A stretch of DNA of 64,000 nt from Eledone cirrhosa (lineage: Eukaryota): contig OZ024742.1 in NCBI GenBank assembly GCA_964016885.1, positions 231,074,001-231,138,000 on the forward strand, written 5' to 3'. Made by a program: the position numbers and the translations under genes. Shown one piece after another: positions 29,235-42,873 of this stretch. The notes under the pieces were generated by a model that saw only the letters and a list, made by a program, of their open reading frames with translations, was not told the DNA's origin and did not search any database. Each line of letters starts with the position of its first letter. Position 1 is the stretch's first letter.

Positions 29235-31570
29235 TGGGGATTTGTTTTCTATTTAAATTTGGTTGGACTTCATTTATGTTTATTGCCTCTGTGATGTGTC
29301 TAAACATTGCGTCTTTTCTGTGTGTAGATTCTATTTTTATTTCTGTTCTCTAATTTCCTCTTATGTTTTATTTTAGCATGTTGGTGGAGTACAGATGATT
29401 CTTTACTATCTTGAAGCTCTCGCCAGTGTTCATTTATCCGTTGTCCTATACTACGATCTGTCTCACCTGTGTACACTATATTCTTATCTCTACATTGTCC
29501 TTCAGTACATCTTATGCTATATACTACATTTCTAGTTTTACAGTTAATATGGGGGCTTAGTTTACAGATTATACATTTCTTATCTATACAGGGAGGTCTT
29601 TGAAAAGGGTATGTATTGCTAATAAGTGTTTTTGTGCAGGTACCTGGTCTTTTTACTATCTTAATATTGAGTTTATGTTTATCTAGGGCCCTTCTAAATT
29701 TGTAAGCTAATTCACCTCTAGGGGTTGTATTGATGAACATTACACTCTAGTATTTATTGCTATCATACCATGAGTTTATTCTATTAACCTTATTCCTAGT
29801 TATTTCTATTCTATTTCAAAATTTGCTCCTATACAAGGGGCAGGTCCCATTTGTATCATTATTTACCATTTTTTCCCATTTGGTTCTGGCTCCTCTATAT
29901 ACTCTGATTGTATCTCTCTGATTGTAACCAGAGAACTGCATACGGTGGATGAAGTGTTGTATGTGTCCCTCTAGTTCTTTGGGGTTGCACATGCGGGACA
30001 CGTTTCTCATCACCCGTACCATATCCGCAATCAGTATGTTGATTTTGGTGTGGTCCGAAACAGCTGAGTTTCGGTGGATCACATATTTGGATGTTATGGG
30101 TTTGGCATAATGGGAATGGACGATTTGTTTTTTGTTATTAATGGTTTCTAACCAGAGCTCTGTGTCTAGTACAGGTAATCGATGGTTGGGGTGTTTGCTT
30201 GGGTAGTCTATAGTAACTCTAATACTCTGGTAGATGGAATTAGCTATTTGCTGGATGATTCCCATGATGTGTTTCTCTAATTCCTGACTGTTCTTTAGTG
30301 GGAGGGTTTTTACTACGATGTTTATATCATCAACGTAGCGGGAGTACATTATCATGGTTAAGAGGTTGCTGTCTTCTAATTGTTCTTTAAGTTTAAGTTT
30401 AAGTCTATTGTCCCACCATACCATGAATAGGTTAGCTATGTCACCTGCAATGCTAACACCAATGGCTGCTCCCTCCTCTTGGGCATATGTTTTTCCATTA
30501 AATTTGAACATATGTTCCTTAAGGGTTAATTTTATACTGGCCCCCGCCGCATGTGCAATCATTTTCTTTAGTTCATCGTGGTTTTCGGTGGTCTGTATGG
30601 CTCTGGTCCACCCGTTCCATCTATCTGTGTGGGTTTTCTTGGCAATTGAGGTAATGGTAGGTGGTCTGCCTCTTGCTGCTCTTGTAGGGCACAGGTTGCT
30701 AAGGTCATATGTATCTAGATAATCATTACTATAGGTAGGTTTAAGTAGGAGTCCCAGCTCACTGGTATCAATCCCACGGAATTCAACATTGCTCTCACTG
30801 TTCATTTCTACGCATTTCTCCACAGCAAAATCCACGTCAATGGATGGGTATAGGGACACAACATCCATACTTCCTATTATACAGTTTGTTAGGTCCCTAG
30901 ATCGGTTATTTTCGCTGATTCTGCTGAGGACGTCCTCCATCCTGTCACATATATCTGGGGACATTTCAATGATGGGGCGTATGATCAGGGAGAGGAAGTA
31001 GGAAAGTCTGTAGTTACTAGCAATGTTAGCTCCACACACTGGCCGTGTTGGTGGTCCTGTGATAGGGTCACTGCTCGTTTCATGGTCTTTTTGAAGCCCA
31101 TACAACGCTGGCACGTCATTGTTCAAGGCCTGGAAGTTGTTGGCAGTCCTTTTGTTGGGCTGCATTATGTTTGTCCATATCATCATATGGGCATTGAGGG
31201 ATTTCTCCCTATCCTCATGCTCTTGTGGTGTTACTTCTCTTGTGTTAGTGATGTGGGGGTTGCATTGCCTGGATGTAGTTTGACAGACTGTCAACCGACA
31301 TTCTGCCAGACTTGTCTGTTGGAAAGCATGCAATCTCTCCATTACGCGAGCGCTGCATGAGCTTACACAAGCCATTTGCAGATTTTTCTCCCAGTTGCTG
31401 GGCCTCCATTCTAGTTTTCTTCTTGCTATACTGTTCTATAATATTTCTAAGTTTAGATCTAGCTATACTAAATTGTGCTTCTGTTTGTTCATCGACCTGC
31501 GACGGCAATTGCATGCGTTTGTTAAAAGCTAAAGTCGTGGCGTGAACTCGTCGTAGGTCGAAGGACATAT
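29230..31570 (-). pseudogene. PLE reverse transcriptase plus GIY-YIG endonuclease, disrupted
   Basis: PTDKSGR, TRPVCG, SMDVVSLYPS, QEEGAAIG..IANLFM, YSRYVDD, LPVLD, CxxxxCxxC, NVVYSIRC...YTGETDRS...RINEH; stops at ~29816 and ~29748; frameshifts. Confidence 0.9.
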
Positions 31571-32780
31571 CGGAAGGATTATAAAAAGTAGAGTTCCAGG
31601 CTGCTGCTTTATGTGTACTATTGCTATTGTTATTGTTAGTTGTGTTGTTTCTATTTCTATTTCCACCAACAGCCTCATGGTTGTTTCTATGTCTCTCATT
31701 ATTACTCCTGTCTCTTTCCTCTGGCTAATTGTTATTATTTACTCTATTTTGTGTGTCTGTGTGTTCGTCCTGGTTATTTTCTCTGTCAGTATCGATAGTC
31801 TCCCTTCTCCTTTCAATCCCATTACCTTCCCTTACTTCTGTGTTACTGTCATTACCTGTTTTCTGTGTCTGTGTGTTTGTTAAGATTGGGGTGGTGGTGA
31901 GAGGCATAGAATGTGTGTGTGTGTTGTTGTTTTTGTTGATGTGTGCTGTTATTGATGTGTGTTGTTGTTGTTGTTGTCTCCGTGTATGTTATTATTGTTG
32001 TGTGTGTTGTTATTGTTGTTTGTGTCTGTGTGTCTGTTGTTGTTGTTTCTGAGTATGTTATTATTGTTTATGTGTGTGTTGTTGTTATCGTTGTTTGTGT
32101 CTGTGTGTCTGTTGTTGTTGGGATGTGTGTTGTATGTGTGTGTGTGTGTGCGTGTGTTGTTACTTTTGTTTTTTTTTGTTTTAGTTTTTGAGGCTCCAAC
32201 GTAATTTTGTAAATGATTTTTCTATTTCTGACAAGCATTTTATCATATTTACCTTATTATATGTGGCATATTTAGGTGGTAGCTGTAATATCGATAATTC
32301 ATCAGAGTCGACTGTAGTGTTGCCGTATATATTTGTGTTGTTGTTGTTGAATTCATCTGTTAATGAGATGTCGGCCATGTTTATACCGTCAATCTTGTCA
32401 GGATATCTATCGATATTCTCTAAAGTTTCTTGATCTAGTTTCATGTGTGAGCCACCTTAGTTTCTTGTTAAAGTGCTTGTCACATTCTTGAACAATGTAC
32501 TTTTCTTCAAGACATATAAGGTTTATAAATATTAATTTTCTGTTGGTGTGGTGATCTTAGTTATTTCTTGTATTAGGTTACGCTTATGTTTTTCTTGATG
32601 ACTTAATTCTCTGTAAATCTTCTTTTTTATGTTTAGAATTAGTGTTCGTTTTAGCCTATCTGCTTGCTTTTTAGTAAGTTGTAATCTTCTTACATCGGTG
32701 TTGATGGTGTTGGTGTAAACTCGGGACGAGGCACATTCTTTTATGAAGTGTAGTTGTCGAGATGTTATTGCTTTTCGTAG

Positions 32781-32964
32781 GGCGGTGGATTGGCAGTATC
32801 GGTAGAGGGTCGGACGCCATGCTTTCCAGCATAGTTACGTCCCTTTACGATCTGAGTTCAAATCCCGCCGAGGTTGACTTTGCCTTTCATCCTTACGGGG
32901 TCGATAAAATAAAGTACCAGTAATGCACTGGGTAATTGCTGGCCTTGTGCCTAAAGTAGAAACA
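32781..32964 (+). mobile_element. Family 1 SINE inserted in the PLE ORF
   Basis: Perfect 17-bp TSD gttattgcttttcgtag at 32764-32780 and 32965-32981. Confidence 0.95.
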
Positions 32965-33438
32965 GTTATTGCTTTTCGTAGACAACAGAACATGGTGGTT
33001 TTCAGTATCTTGTTAGCCTGGCTAAGGCTTACGATATTTCGTTTCTGAATTTGTTTAGCAAGATTCTTTATCTGAAAACGTGTGTTGAAACCGATATTGT
33101 TATACTTTGGAAGGATCATGTTGCCAATAAGAAACACACGCACCAGTTGCTTTTACTCCAATTTATTATAAATTAAATTTATAAATTTAAGAATTTATAA
33201 ATTTCCGGTTGGTTGGTTGGTTCTGTGTCTGTGTGTTTTAAATTTAATTTATAATAAATTGGAGTGAAAGCAACTGGTGCGTGTGTTTCTTATTGGCAAC
33301 ATGACCTTCCCAAAGTATAACAATATATATATATATACAAAGATCAGAATTAAGAGTATTCCGCAGTTCACTGAAATAATAATAATAATAATAGTATTAG
33401 CTCAAAGAAGAATAAAGAATTTCCTTCTGAGCTCAAAT

Positions 33439-33713
33439 GCAAGTATATATTACACAAAGAGAAGTGTGTTACACAGTGAGATGTGTGTAAAGAATTATTA
33501 CAAGTGATTTTAGCGTTACTGTATAGGGAACAATATCTACAGGTTAGCAATTAAATAGAAAAAAAAACAGTTCAGAAGCAAATCTCTGGATTGGAGTTTT
33601 TTAATTGCTAACCTGTAGATATTGTTCCCTATACAGTAACGGTAAAATCACTTGTAATAATTCTTTACACACATCTCACTGTGTAACACACTTCTCTTTG
33701 TGTAATATATACT

Positions 33714-33716
<3 letters not shown>
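33439..33716. repeat. Inverted repeat, ~117-bp arms
   Basis: 33439-33555 is the reverse complement of 33600-33716. Confidence 0.9.
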
Positions 33717-33749
<33 letters not shown>

Positions 33750-33753
<4 letters not shown>

Positions 33754-34036
33754 TATTGAAGTTTGTTTGAAGCATTGTGGAATAATAGGTAAATATCTGT
33801 AAGTCGTTTGGAAGCCTCAACAATGCAAATGGGTAAATAACCGGGTAACAAGATCCGGTGGTGGAGAGAGAGATGTAAGTGGGTGTACGTTGAGATGCGT
33901 GGTGTGTATAAGCCGTGTAGAGGAATGAAGGAAAGGGTATAAAGGATAAAATAAAAATAACAACACGAGAGAGAGTTACCTTGGGAGAGATTTTATTGTC
34001 CCTATATATTTCGGATTCACATCCATCAACTGGGGT
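33750..34036 (-). mobile_element. PLE pLTR-like fragment with degenerate HHR
   Basis: Similar to 17563-17650; CCC-CAGTTGA-T-GGAT.GTGA.ATCC-GAAA-TATA at 34035-34000. Confidence 0.45.
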
Positions 34037-34039
34037 TTT

Positions 34040-34466
34040 TTTCCGGGGTGGGGGAAAGGTTGTCTGTCGGAAAGGTGCGAAACGCGTCCTCCGCTGTTTG
34101 TTGTTTTGCAATCCCTGTGCCGTGAAGCTTTTATAGTGAACAAAGGCACTGCACAAAGCCAATCCCACTCTCTTAACCAAGATGATATTTACCAAAAAGA
34201 AGAACAAGTCAACATCATTGGATACCATCAGGGTTGCAGGTGTTATATCAGAGTTTTCCTTCTCCTAGAATTCTGCGTTGACAAAGGCTAAGGGGGTCAT
34301 CTCTCCCGGTGATTTTGGATGGCCATTGACTCTTAAGAGCTCCTTTGCCCTTTGACAGGTTTTGTTTTTAGTCCTGCAGGATGTCCAAGGTCACCCTCCT
34401 CACCAAGAAACCTTGGTGGGGTTGCCAGTTTAGTCGCCAACGACCCGACCATGAGACAGGTTGTAC
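34040..34466 (-). mobile_element. RTE 5' region (copy of 1-355)
   Basis: Near-identical to the window start. Confidence 0.6.
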
Positions 34467-34570
34467 ATACATACATACATGCATGCATACATACATACAT
34501 ACATACATACATACATACATACATACATACATACATACATACATACATACATACATACATACATACATAC

Positions 34571-34752
34571 ATGGTGGCTGCCAACTCGTTTTCGAGTACG
34601 GCCACTACTTTATATCCATGTAGGCGAACCCCTACCGATGCGCTGAAGGAGTGTGACTTTTTAGTCCAGCCAGCGACTTGAAAACTCTGGTACAAACACT
34701 ACACTTATGACAATTATTGACACATAATGTTGGGCCCATGGTACCAAGTGAC
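34571..34752 (-). mobile_element. RTE 3' end with C2H2 finger and (ATGT)n tail
   Basis: CSVCTRVFKSLAGLKSH, then a hairpin and ATGT repeats. Confidence 0.75.
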
Positions 34753-36129
34753 GATATACATACATACATACATACATACATACATACATACATACATACA
34801 TACATACATACATACATACATACACATCAGTTAACAGAGTATTATCCAATTCCATTTCTGAAAGAAAAAAAACATTTCTATGAATGTCTTTCTGTATGAA
34901 GACGTTTGTTTTTACATAATCTTTAGCTATCCATAAAACACATTGATTTGAATTCATTGCTTTTCGTTGTCGAATTTATTGACCCAAACATCAAACCTAA
35001 AAAAAGGAAATATATTCTGCACAATCTAAATGTCAGGCTATCATTCTCTTAAATTTTGTTCTATTTTTTTTTCCCCCCGTTATTTAAAACATGAAAATAC
35101 TTTATGCTAATACAGCGACAAAAAACAAATAGTTTTGCTGATTTATTCTCGCCTCTAGCGGCAGAAAGCACCGAAATCTGTTAAGCTTATTTCCTATTTC
35201 TCTAAAATGAATTTCTATCAGAGGTTCGAGAAAATGTTTTCACAATTATTTACTAAAAATTAGTTTACTTTTTTTTTTAAATTATCTATTACAGATCTCA
35301 GTTTTGCATAATTGAGATGTATTTTTAAAATGTATAAACTAGTGGGATTTATTTTACACATCTACCATGTTTTAATATAAACTGTTGCTGTAAACATTAC
35401 CATGATTTTATAGAAACAGTAAATAAAATTATATATAAATATTCACCACCAAATGCTACAAATTTAAAACTAATCTGCAGTTTCCCCCTACCAAATTCCA
35501 TTCAAAGACAACCCGAGGCTATAACAGAAGACACTTTCCCAATTTGCCAGGCGGCGGGTCTGAACTCAGAACCACATGATTGCGAAGCAAACTCTTTAAC
35601 CACACACGCATGCCGTATGAAGAACATGCCGTATGAAGAACATGCCATATGTTCTATTGAATCTATATAATCGTAGATATAACTATTTATGTGAATATGT
35701 CGGCATATTTGGATCTACCATTACACCGTTTATTTAAATGTTGAAGACACGTAGTTTAGCAGTTAGGGTGTTGGACTGACGATCATAGGCTTGAGGGTTC
35801 GATTCCCAGACTGAGTGATGCCTTGTGTCAGTGAACGAAGCATTTCACGTTGAAGGCACAGAGCTTAGTGGTTAGAACGTTTAGCTCATACTTGTAAGGC
35901 CATGCGTTCTACTCCCAGCGACACGTTGTGTCCATGAACAAGGCATTACATTTTACGTTGCTTCAATTCAATCAATTGATAACGAATACCAGTTATAGTT
36001 GGGGTTTGACCTGTGCCAACATCTCCGGCTTAATGATACCATCACCCCCACCCTCTCTCCCACCTCACCTCCCTCTGACAGAAGCCCTTATTATCTCACT
36101 ATACTTCATACAAACTACACTATTCTAAA

Positions 36130-36320
36130 ATAATTGTTTCTACTTTTGGCACAAGGCCAGCAATTATCTCGGTGCATTACTGGTATTTTATTTCATCAAC
36201 CCCCATAAGGATGAAGGCACAAAGTTAACCTCGGCAGGATTTGAACTCAAATCGTAAAGGGGCGTAACTCTATGCTGAAAAGCATGGTTCCTGACCCTCT
36301 ACCGATACTGCCAACCCCCC
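36130..36320 (-). mobile_element. SINE family 1
   Basis: Matches consensus. Confidence 0.85.
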
Positions 36321-37724
36321 GTTATTTCCTTTCCTCAAGGGCTCCAGTCATCTGAATTGTGGTGGATTTCTGCCGATTCCGACGACGAGTTTTTCAGTTA
36401 GTTTGATCAACGGAAATTAGCGTGCAAGTCACTGAGTATTCAAGGGAAATGTGCACCCTTAACGTAGTTCTTGGGGAGACTCAGCGTGGCAAAAGGTTTA
36501 ACAAAGATGGCTCTTTAAATCACAGGTACATCTTTTTGCCATCTAAGTGTATTGGATTAACGTGAAATAAAGTAAAATGCCCAATGCACAACGCACTACC
36601 GGGAATCGAACTCGGAGCCTTTACGATTATGAGCTGAACACTCTATCTACTAAGCTACACGCCTTCATAGCATCTGAACTAATAGTATTTTATTTTGTTT
36701 TGTTTTTTTTACTTGCGTATCTAGAATTTTGTTCAACAAATTTCAGTTGAATTATATTATATAATGTTTGCAATAAATAAAAATAGAAAAAGAAAAAAGG
36801 AAAAAAATCAAACGATAGCAAAGGAAGGCGGTGGAAACGGTGAACTTTTCATACTAATCTAGTTTGTGTGACCCAACTTGCCCTTCGGACAAAATTACGA
36901 AAACATTGCTACAGAGAACAACCAGCAACATCAGCCAAAATTCAATTCTAGTCTCTATGAAATGTTAATGTTTTGTTAGAATTGTAACACGAGGAATCTT
37001 TTAGACACAAATGATATATAGTTATTTTATTTATGTTATTTTATTAATTTTCTGTTTCCTTTTATTTAATCATAATCTTTATCAGACACTAATTTATGGA
37101 TCAGATTAATTTCTTAAGAATGTTAATCAACAAAATATATTTAAAACACATTTACACATTTACAGCGACCTGGAGTTGAAATAGGAATTCGATAAAAATA
37201 AGACTGTGTGTGAGAGAGAGAAGGTGAAGAGGGTGAGAAAGAAAGAGAAAGATTCTAAATACATAATGTGTGCAAAAATATTCGATTCTAATGTGATTAT
37301 TTACGGAATGATGATCCATTTTGACAGGTGGAGAAGAAAAAGCTATTACGTATATCAAACGAAACGAAGAAAAGTCTTTCTTATATCAAAATGCCTGGCG
37401 TAAAACCAATTTCATATTTCCTTTCGCCTCTTTACCGTGAAGACTGCTAAAATTGAGATAAAGCATTGTAAAGCAGCCACATTAGTGATATCAATGATAC
37501 ACTGAAAACTACTCGATATAAGATCAATCAATTTATAAGTAGCAATGGTCACATGGTCACATTCCTAACCAACGTTCAACAGAGAAAGAGACGCAAAAGC
37601 AGCAGGAGATGCCGAAAGAAGACGTTTAAGAAAATGTAAGAAAAGGAGTGAGCGAAAATATAATTGGTTTTACATGGTCGAAAAAACTACTACACCAATA
37701 TGAGACAGAGAGTGGTGGCGAGGG

Positions 37725-37802
<78 letters not shown>

Positions 37803-37855
37803 TGTATGTATGTATGTATGTATGTATGTATGTATGTATGTATAAAGAGAGAGAT

Positions 37856-37913
<58 letters not shown>

Positions 37914-38025
37914 TTCAGATAAATTGATAGATAGATATGTTTCTTTTATTTGCCACCAGGGCATCAAAAGTGTGACAAGTACAATGGGGGGAGTTTACAA
38001 AACAAGGCGTCCTCAATAAGGAGGA

Positions 38026-38099
<74 letters not shown>

Positions 38100-38126
38100 T
38101 TTATAGATAGATAGATAGATAGATAT

Positions 38127-38160
<34 letters not shown>
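37725..38160. repeat. (TA)n, (TATG)n and (GATA)n microsatellites
   Basis: Direct reading. Confidence 0.95.
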
Positions 38161-38596
38161 TTCGAGAAAGAGCGCGAAAGATAAAAATGGGTGAATAAAA
38201 TTTGTCACGTGAGAGGTACATCGGAATGCGTTACTTACCAAGAACATATTTGTGCTTTGTTTTTTGCTATATATATGTGTGTATGCACCTGTGTGTGTTT
38301 GTGTAGGAATGTGTGTCTATGTAGATACATATGCATGTCATATATCGATTTCCTTTCACCATTTTCTTTTTTTTTACATGAACACAACTTGTGCTCCTCC
38401 TTTTTATATATCATTATTACATTCAATCGAACACAATACAGAAGTAGGCCAAAGTGGTTGACATTTTTCCATTGGCTTTCTAGTCGATTGAATATTGGTT
38501 TAGAAGAATATATCACGACGAAACCTAATCAAAATATATTTTCCTTTGCAACATTTTTTCCTGTAATTTTCTTTTTGTGTGTGTGGGTGTGCGTGT

Positions 38597-38715
<119 letters not shown>

Positions 38716-39311
38716 TAGTTTCAGTTATTTTCTCTTTTTAACATGTTTTGTTTAGGAGGCGTTTAAAGAAAAATAAAGCAGGGCAGCGTTTCCAAAAATA
38801 TATCCAAAAAAAGTGACTGAGTCTACACACTTGTTATAATAATAATTTTCCACTGAGATGAATTTTATGAATTCGCTTGTTAAACAAACAAGACGTTTTC
38901 GGTTGACACCAACAAAATGTTTTATATAAAATTAGCTCCATTAACTATCAATTGTCCAAGATGGATGACAACAATATATTTAGTTGCTAGTGTTCTATTG
39001 ATAAACTAAGATATTACAGGCATAATGGCTTCTTATATTCAGATCAATATAGATCGCTTCTGGTTTTTTTTTTTCTTTTATGTTATTATTTTGGAAATAT
39101 TTTTTTTCAGTAAATGTCACTCTCAAGATAGAAACAATGAGCCATAACTTTACAGGGTAGAAATAGTTAAGATTCGTAGAAGAAACATATTATGATCATA
39201 CGTTCAAATATACTAAAATGATAGATTAATAAATACAGACTATATATATTTGCGTGTGTGTGTGTGTGCGTATATATATATATATGTGTGTGTGTATGTG
39301 TGTGTGTGTGT

Positions 39312-39835
39312 GAAGGCGTGTGGCTGAGTGGTTAGAGAATCGGATTCGCAATCGTGAGGTTGTGAGTTCGATTCCTGGACCGGACCATGCGTTATGTCCA
39401 TGAGCAAGACACTATATTTCACGTTGCTCCTTCTACCTGGAGTTGCGACCGATATATATATATAAATACGTGAAAGCGCATGGTGACCGAATATATATAA
39501 TTATGTGAAGGCGGATGGCTTAGTGGTTAGAGCATTGGGCTTGCAAACGAAAGGTTGTGAATTCAATTCTCAGACTGGGTGATGTGTTGTTTCCTTGAGC
39601 AAGACACTTTATTTCACGTTGCTCTAGTTTACTCAGATGTAGAAATGAATTGCAAAGTTACTGGTGCCGTGCTGTATCAGCCATTGCCTTTCCCTTGGAC
39701 ATCATAGGTGACGTGGAGAGGGGATGATGGTACGCATGGGCGACTGCTGTTCTTCCACAAATAACCGTGCCCGGACTTGTGTCTCGGAAGTAAACTTTCT
39801 ATGTGCAAATCACATGGTCACTCGTGACCGAAGGA
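39312..39835 (+). mobile_element. Two tRNA-derived family 2 SINEs
   Basis: A box TGGCTGAGTGG, B box GAGTTCGATTCC, CORE-like TCCTTGAGCAAGACACTTTA. Confidence 0.8.
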
Positions 39836-40028
39836 GATCTTCGATATAAATATGTATGTGTCCCCTCTATTTTTCCGTTTCTTCTTTTCTTTCTCATGCT
39901 ATCTCCTAACTAGCGCCCGAAACATTAAAGTTCTTTTGCTACTATATCAAGCGTTAAACTAATATATATCTTCATTGTACTGTATCGTTTGCTGTGTCAT
40001 TTTTCATTGTACGTTTCATTTACACACG

Positions 40029-40107
<79 letters not shown>

Positions 40108-41239
40108 CTGTGTGTGTGTGTGTGTGTGTGTGTACATATATATATATATATGTGTGTATATATGTATGTATAGATATGTATGTATATATATATGCATGTA
40201 TATGTAGGTATATGTGCTTGTGTGTGTAAAGAGTGAAACAACTTAAGTCTTGATTGTGCTTTGCGTCGAGAGAACAATTTCTAATATATTTTTCAAGTAT
40301 GTAGTGAAGGAAGAGCTACACGATATATCAGAATTGACTTACATTTGTCTTTATATTTGTGTCCTGAATAGCTATTTAACACAATACGCAACTATTTTCT
40401 ATGCTATGTACATCAATACTACTCTATACTTTCCATATTGTCCCCACTGGTGTTGATAACTGGTATATTATTTGTGTGTCACTTCACTAATCCATGAATC
40501 TACTCACCGTAGGCTTATTCTTCGTTGTCAATAATCAAACATATTATCACTGTAGTTTTGTACAAATCTAATCATTGCAATAGACCTAACGGTAGACAAA
40601 CAGTATTTGAGGAATGGAGATATATAGAAATACAATCCGCCCACATTTTCAGTAGTATTCAAGTACTTTGGAATACGTTTTACTACCTCTTTTTCAAAGA
40701 ATTGTGTCTATTCGTCAGAAAATTTAAAATTAAATTACATAAAGTGATTCTCTGATTCAAGTAGGTTTAAATGATATCGATTATTCCTTTTTTTATTATG
40801 TTATCTAGAGTTTTTAGTTCACAATTTGATTATAAAACTTGATCTGTACTACAAAATCTCAAATTCTGGAAACTTTATTTAAATATCAATTTGTGTTTCT
40901 GTGTTACAGATGGTGTTTTGTAATTAATTCTTTGTTTTTTTCATCGTTTTTTTAATAGGCTGGATGACCTTAAAACGCAGAAGGGAACCATATACAGGAA
41001 ACACAAAAGACATGTATCAAGATCAAATGAAGCTTGATTGAATATTTTCTCTGAGCATATATTCTCAACACACATCTTTTAGCACGTATTGGAATTTATT
41101 AGCATAAATGAAAATACGGCATATACTTTCAAGTACGTAAGACTAATCTTATAGAAGATAAAAGTAGACTACTTCTAATTAGGAGAACAGTAATAAGAGT
41201 AAAGCTAGTTTATATTTAACAGAACTTGTAAGATCCGCC

Positions 41240-42361
41240 ATGGCCAAGTTGTGCCGTTGTGTCAAATTAAATGATCGTTTCGATGCTCAAGTCTTCACGT
41301 TTACATTACCAAAATCAATAGTTCGGGAATTTTCTCCAGATGTCTTTTCCACAGAAATTGTGTACGGTTACCACAAATGGAATGTGTCATTCATAAAGAG
41401 TGAAAGACACTTGGGGGCATACCTTAAATTGCTGACCTCAACACCCGGCCTCTCATGTCGTGTGGACTATGCGTTTACAATGCTCAACAAAGATCACTTC
41501 ACCCGAAACGAGTCTTTCATGGAAAAGAATTGTGATTTTAATGATGATAATTTGACCCACGGCCGCAAAACTTTCATTGGAATCCAAGATTTAAGCAACC
41601 GAAACTTCATGCAAGACAGTGGTGAATTCCTTGTGGAGCTTGAGATGCGTAGCATTGTCTCCACATTTGAATATGAGTTAGCTGTACCCAAAGAGGCTTA
41701 TTCACGACACCACATCAGCGAAAAGCTTGAAACACCTTATTTCTCGTTTGGTGTCTTTGACTGGAGTGTATCATTATTTAGTCCAAATGGGGCTCATTAT
41801 ACTGAAGGTAAAACAGCTGTACAACTAAACCGACACACCAGTTTCCATCATCTTTGTAACGTGAAGTATGAAATAGCTCTTGGTGAAGAGGATATTTACC
41901 AAACTGGTCAAATAACGCAAACACTAGATACATCTGGCGTGGGTGACCCACTTATTGTGGCAGCAACAATTTTCGAATTATCACAGGGACGGATGGTTGT
42001 CCCGGTAAAAGTAACAATGACATCTGTGGTGTTAGTCAGCGAAGTGACCATGGATGCCCTCGGCCAAAGTCGCAACCGTGCACATTGTTACGACAGAGAC
42101 AAACAGGCATGGATGCTAGAAGGAGATACAAGTGGTAAACATCTCTCTTTCAGACTCTACTACACTGATATCTCACATGTGCCTCGAAAGTTCACGCGTT
42201 TTGTATGCTGGAACGTGTGTATCATACCATCTGCTGGAAGCATCGTAGGAAGTAATACAACCAAGGCAGTGAAGGCCCTCGATGGACCATTCACAAAGTA
42301 TTACGTGCAGCAGGACCTAGATGAAGGTTTTGTCATGCACACTGACATCCCAGTAGAAACA
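41240..42361 (+). CDS. First coding exon (374 codons) of an uncharacterised MATH/TRAF-domain protein
   Basis: Uninterrupted complex ORF; strong Kozak CCGCCATGG; MATH-like pattern FTFTLP..FS....YGYHKW.VSF.....HLGAYLKL......VDYAFTMLN...GRKTFI....L....F......LVELE with a second similar repeat; phase-0 donor ACA|GTAAGT. Confidence 0.88.
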
Positions 42362-42685
42362 GTAAGTTGAACATTTCTCTATACTTTATTTATTTTCATA
42401 CATACCTATATTGCAGAGTGGTGGGTAAAATCTGGTTTGTGAAGTGCGGTTTCTATTTCCGATAGAGCCATTTTCCTTAACTCACTCGTCATATTTTTCT
42501 CTCTGACTAAAACGGCTGATAACTCTCACTGGCCATGTTTTCTTCCCATTCCTTGAAACAGCACAAAACCCACTCATCGACAACGCCAGTAAAATTATGC
42601 ATCTTTCGTCATCGTTAACATCTCGATTTCTTTTCATCATCATCGTCATCATTATCATCACCATCATCATTATTATCATTGTCAA

Positions 42686-42873
42686 GGGCGGTGGATTGGC
42701 AGTATTGGTAGAGAGTCGGACGCTATGCTTTACAGCATAGATTTACGGCCCTTTGCGGTCTCAGTTCAAATCCCACCTGGGTTAACTTTGTCTTTCATAC
42801 CCATGGAGTCGATAAAATAAAGCACCAGTAATACACTGGGATAATTGCTGGCCTTATGCCAAAAGTAGAAACA
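42686..42873 (+). mobile_element. Family 1 SINE with TSD
   Basis: TSD attattatcattgtca on both sides. Confidence 0.9.

Larger units (their letters stand above)
28975..33325 (-). mobile_element. Near full-length degenerate Penelope-like element (possibly Naiad-type)
   Basis: RT and GIY-YIG in one frame; direct pLTRs 28975-29163 and 33036-33222; inverted pLTR 33238-33325; both ends in (TA)n. Confidence 0.92.

Noticed and set aside
29740-29820. In-frame TGA between PLE RT and GIY-YIG as selenocysteine (known in some Naiads)
   Set aside because: It falls where Trp is expected (PLYRSKF*), an in-frame TAG and frameshifts are also present, and I saw no convincing SECIS; decay is the simpler explanation
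39312-39385. tRNA gene
   Set aside because: A/B boxes continue into a multi-copy SINE body; no clean cloverleaf or terminator
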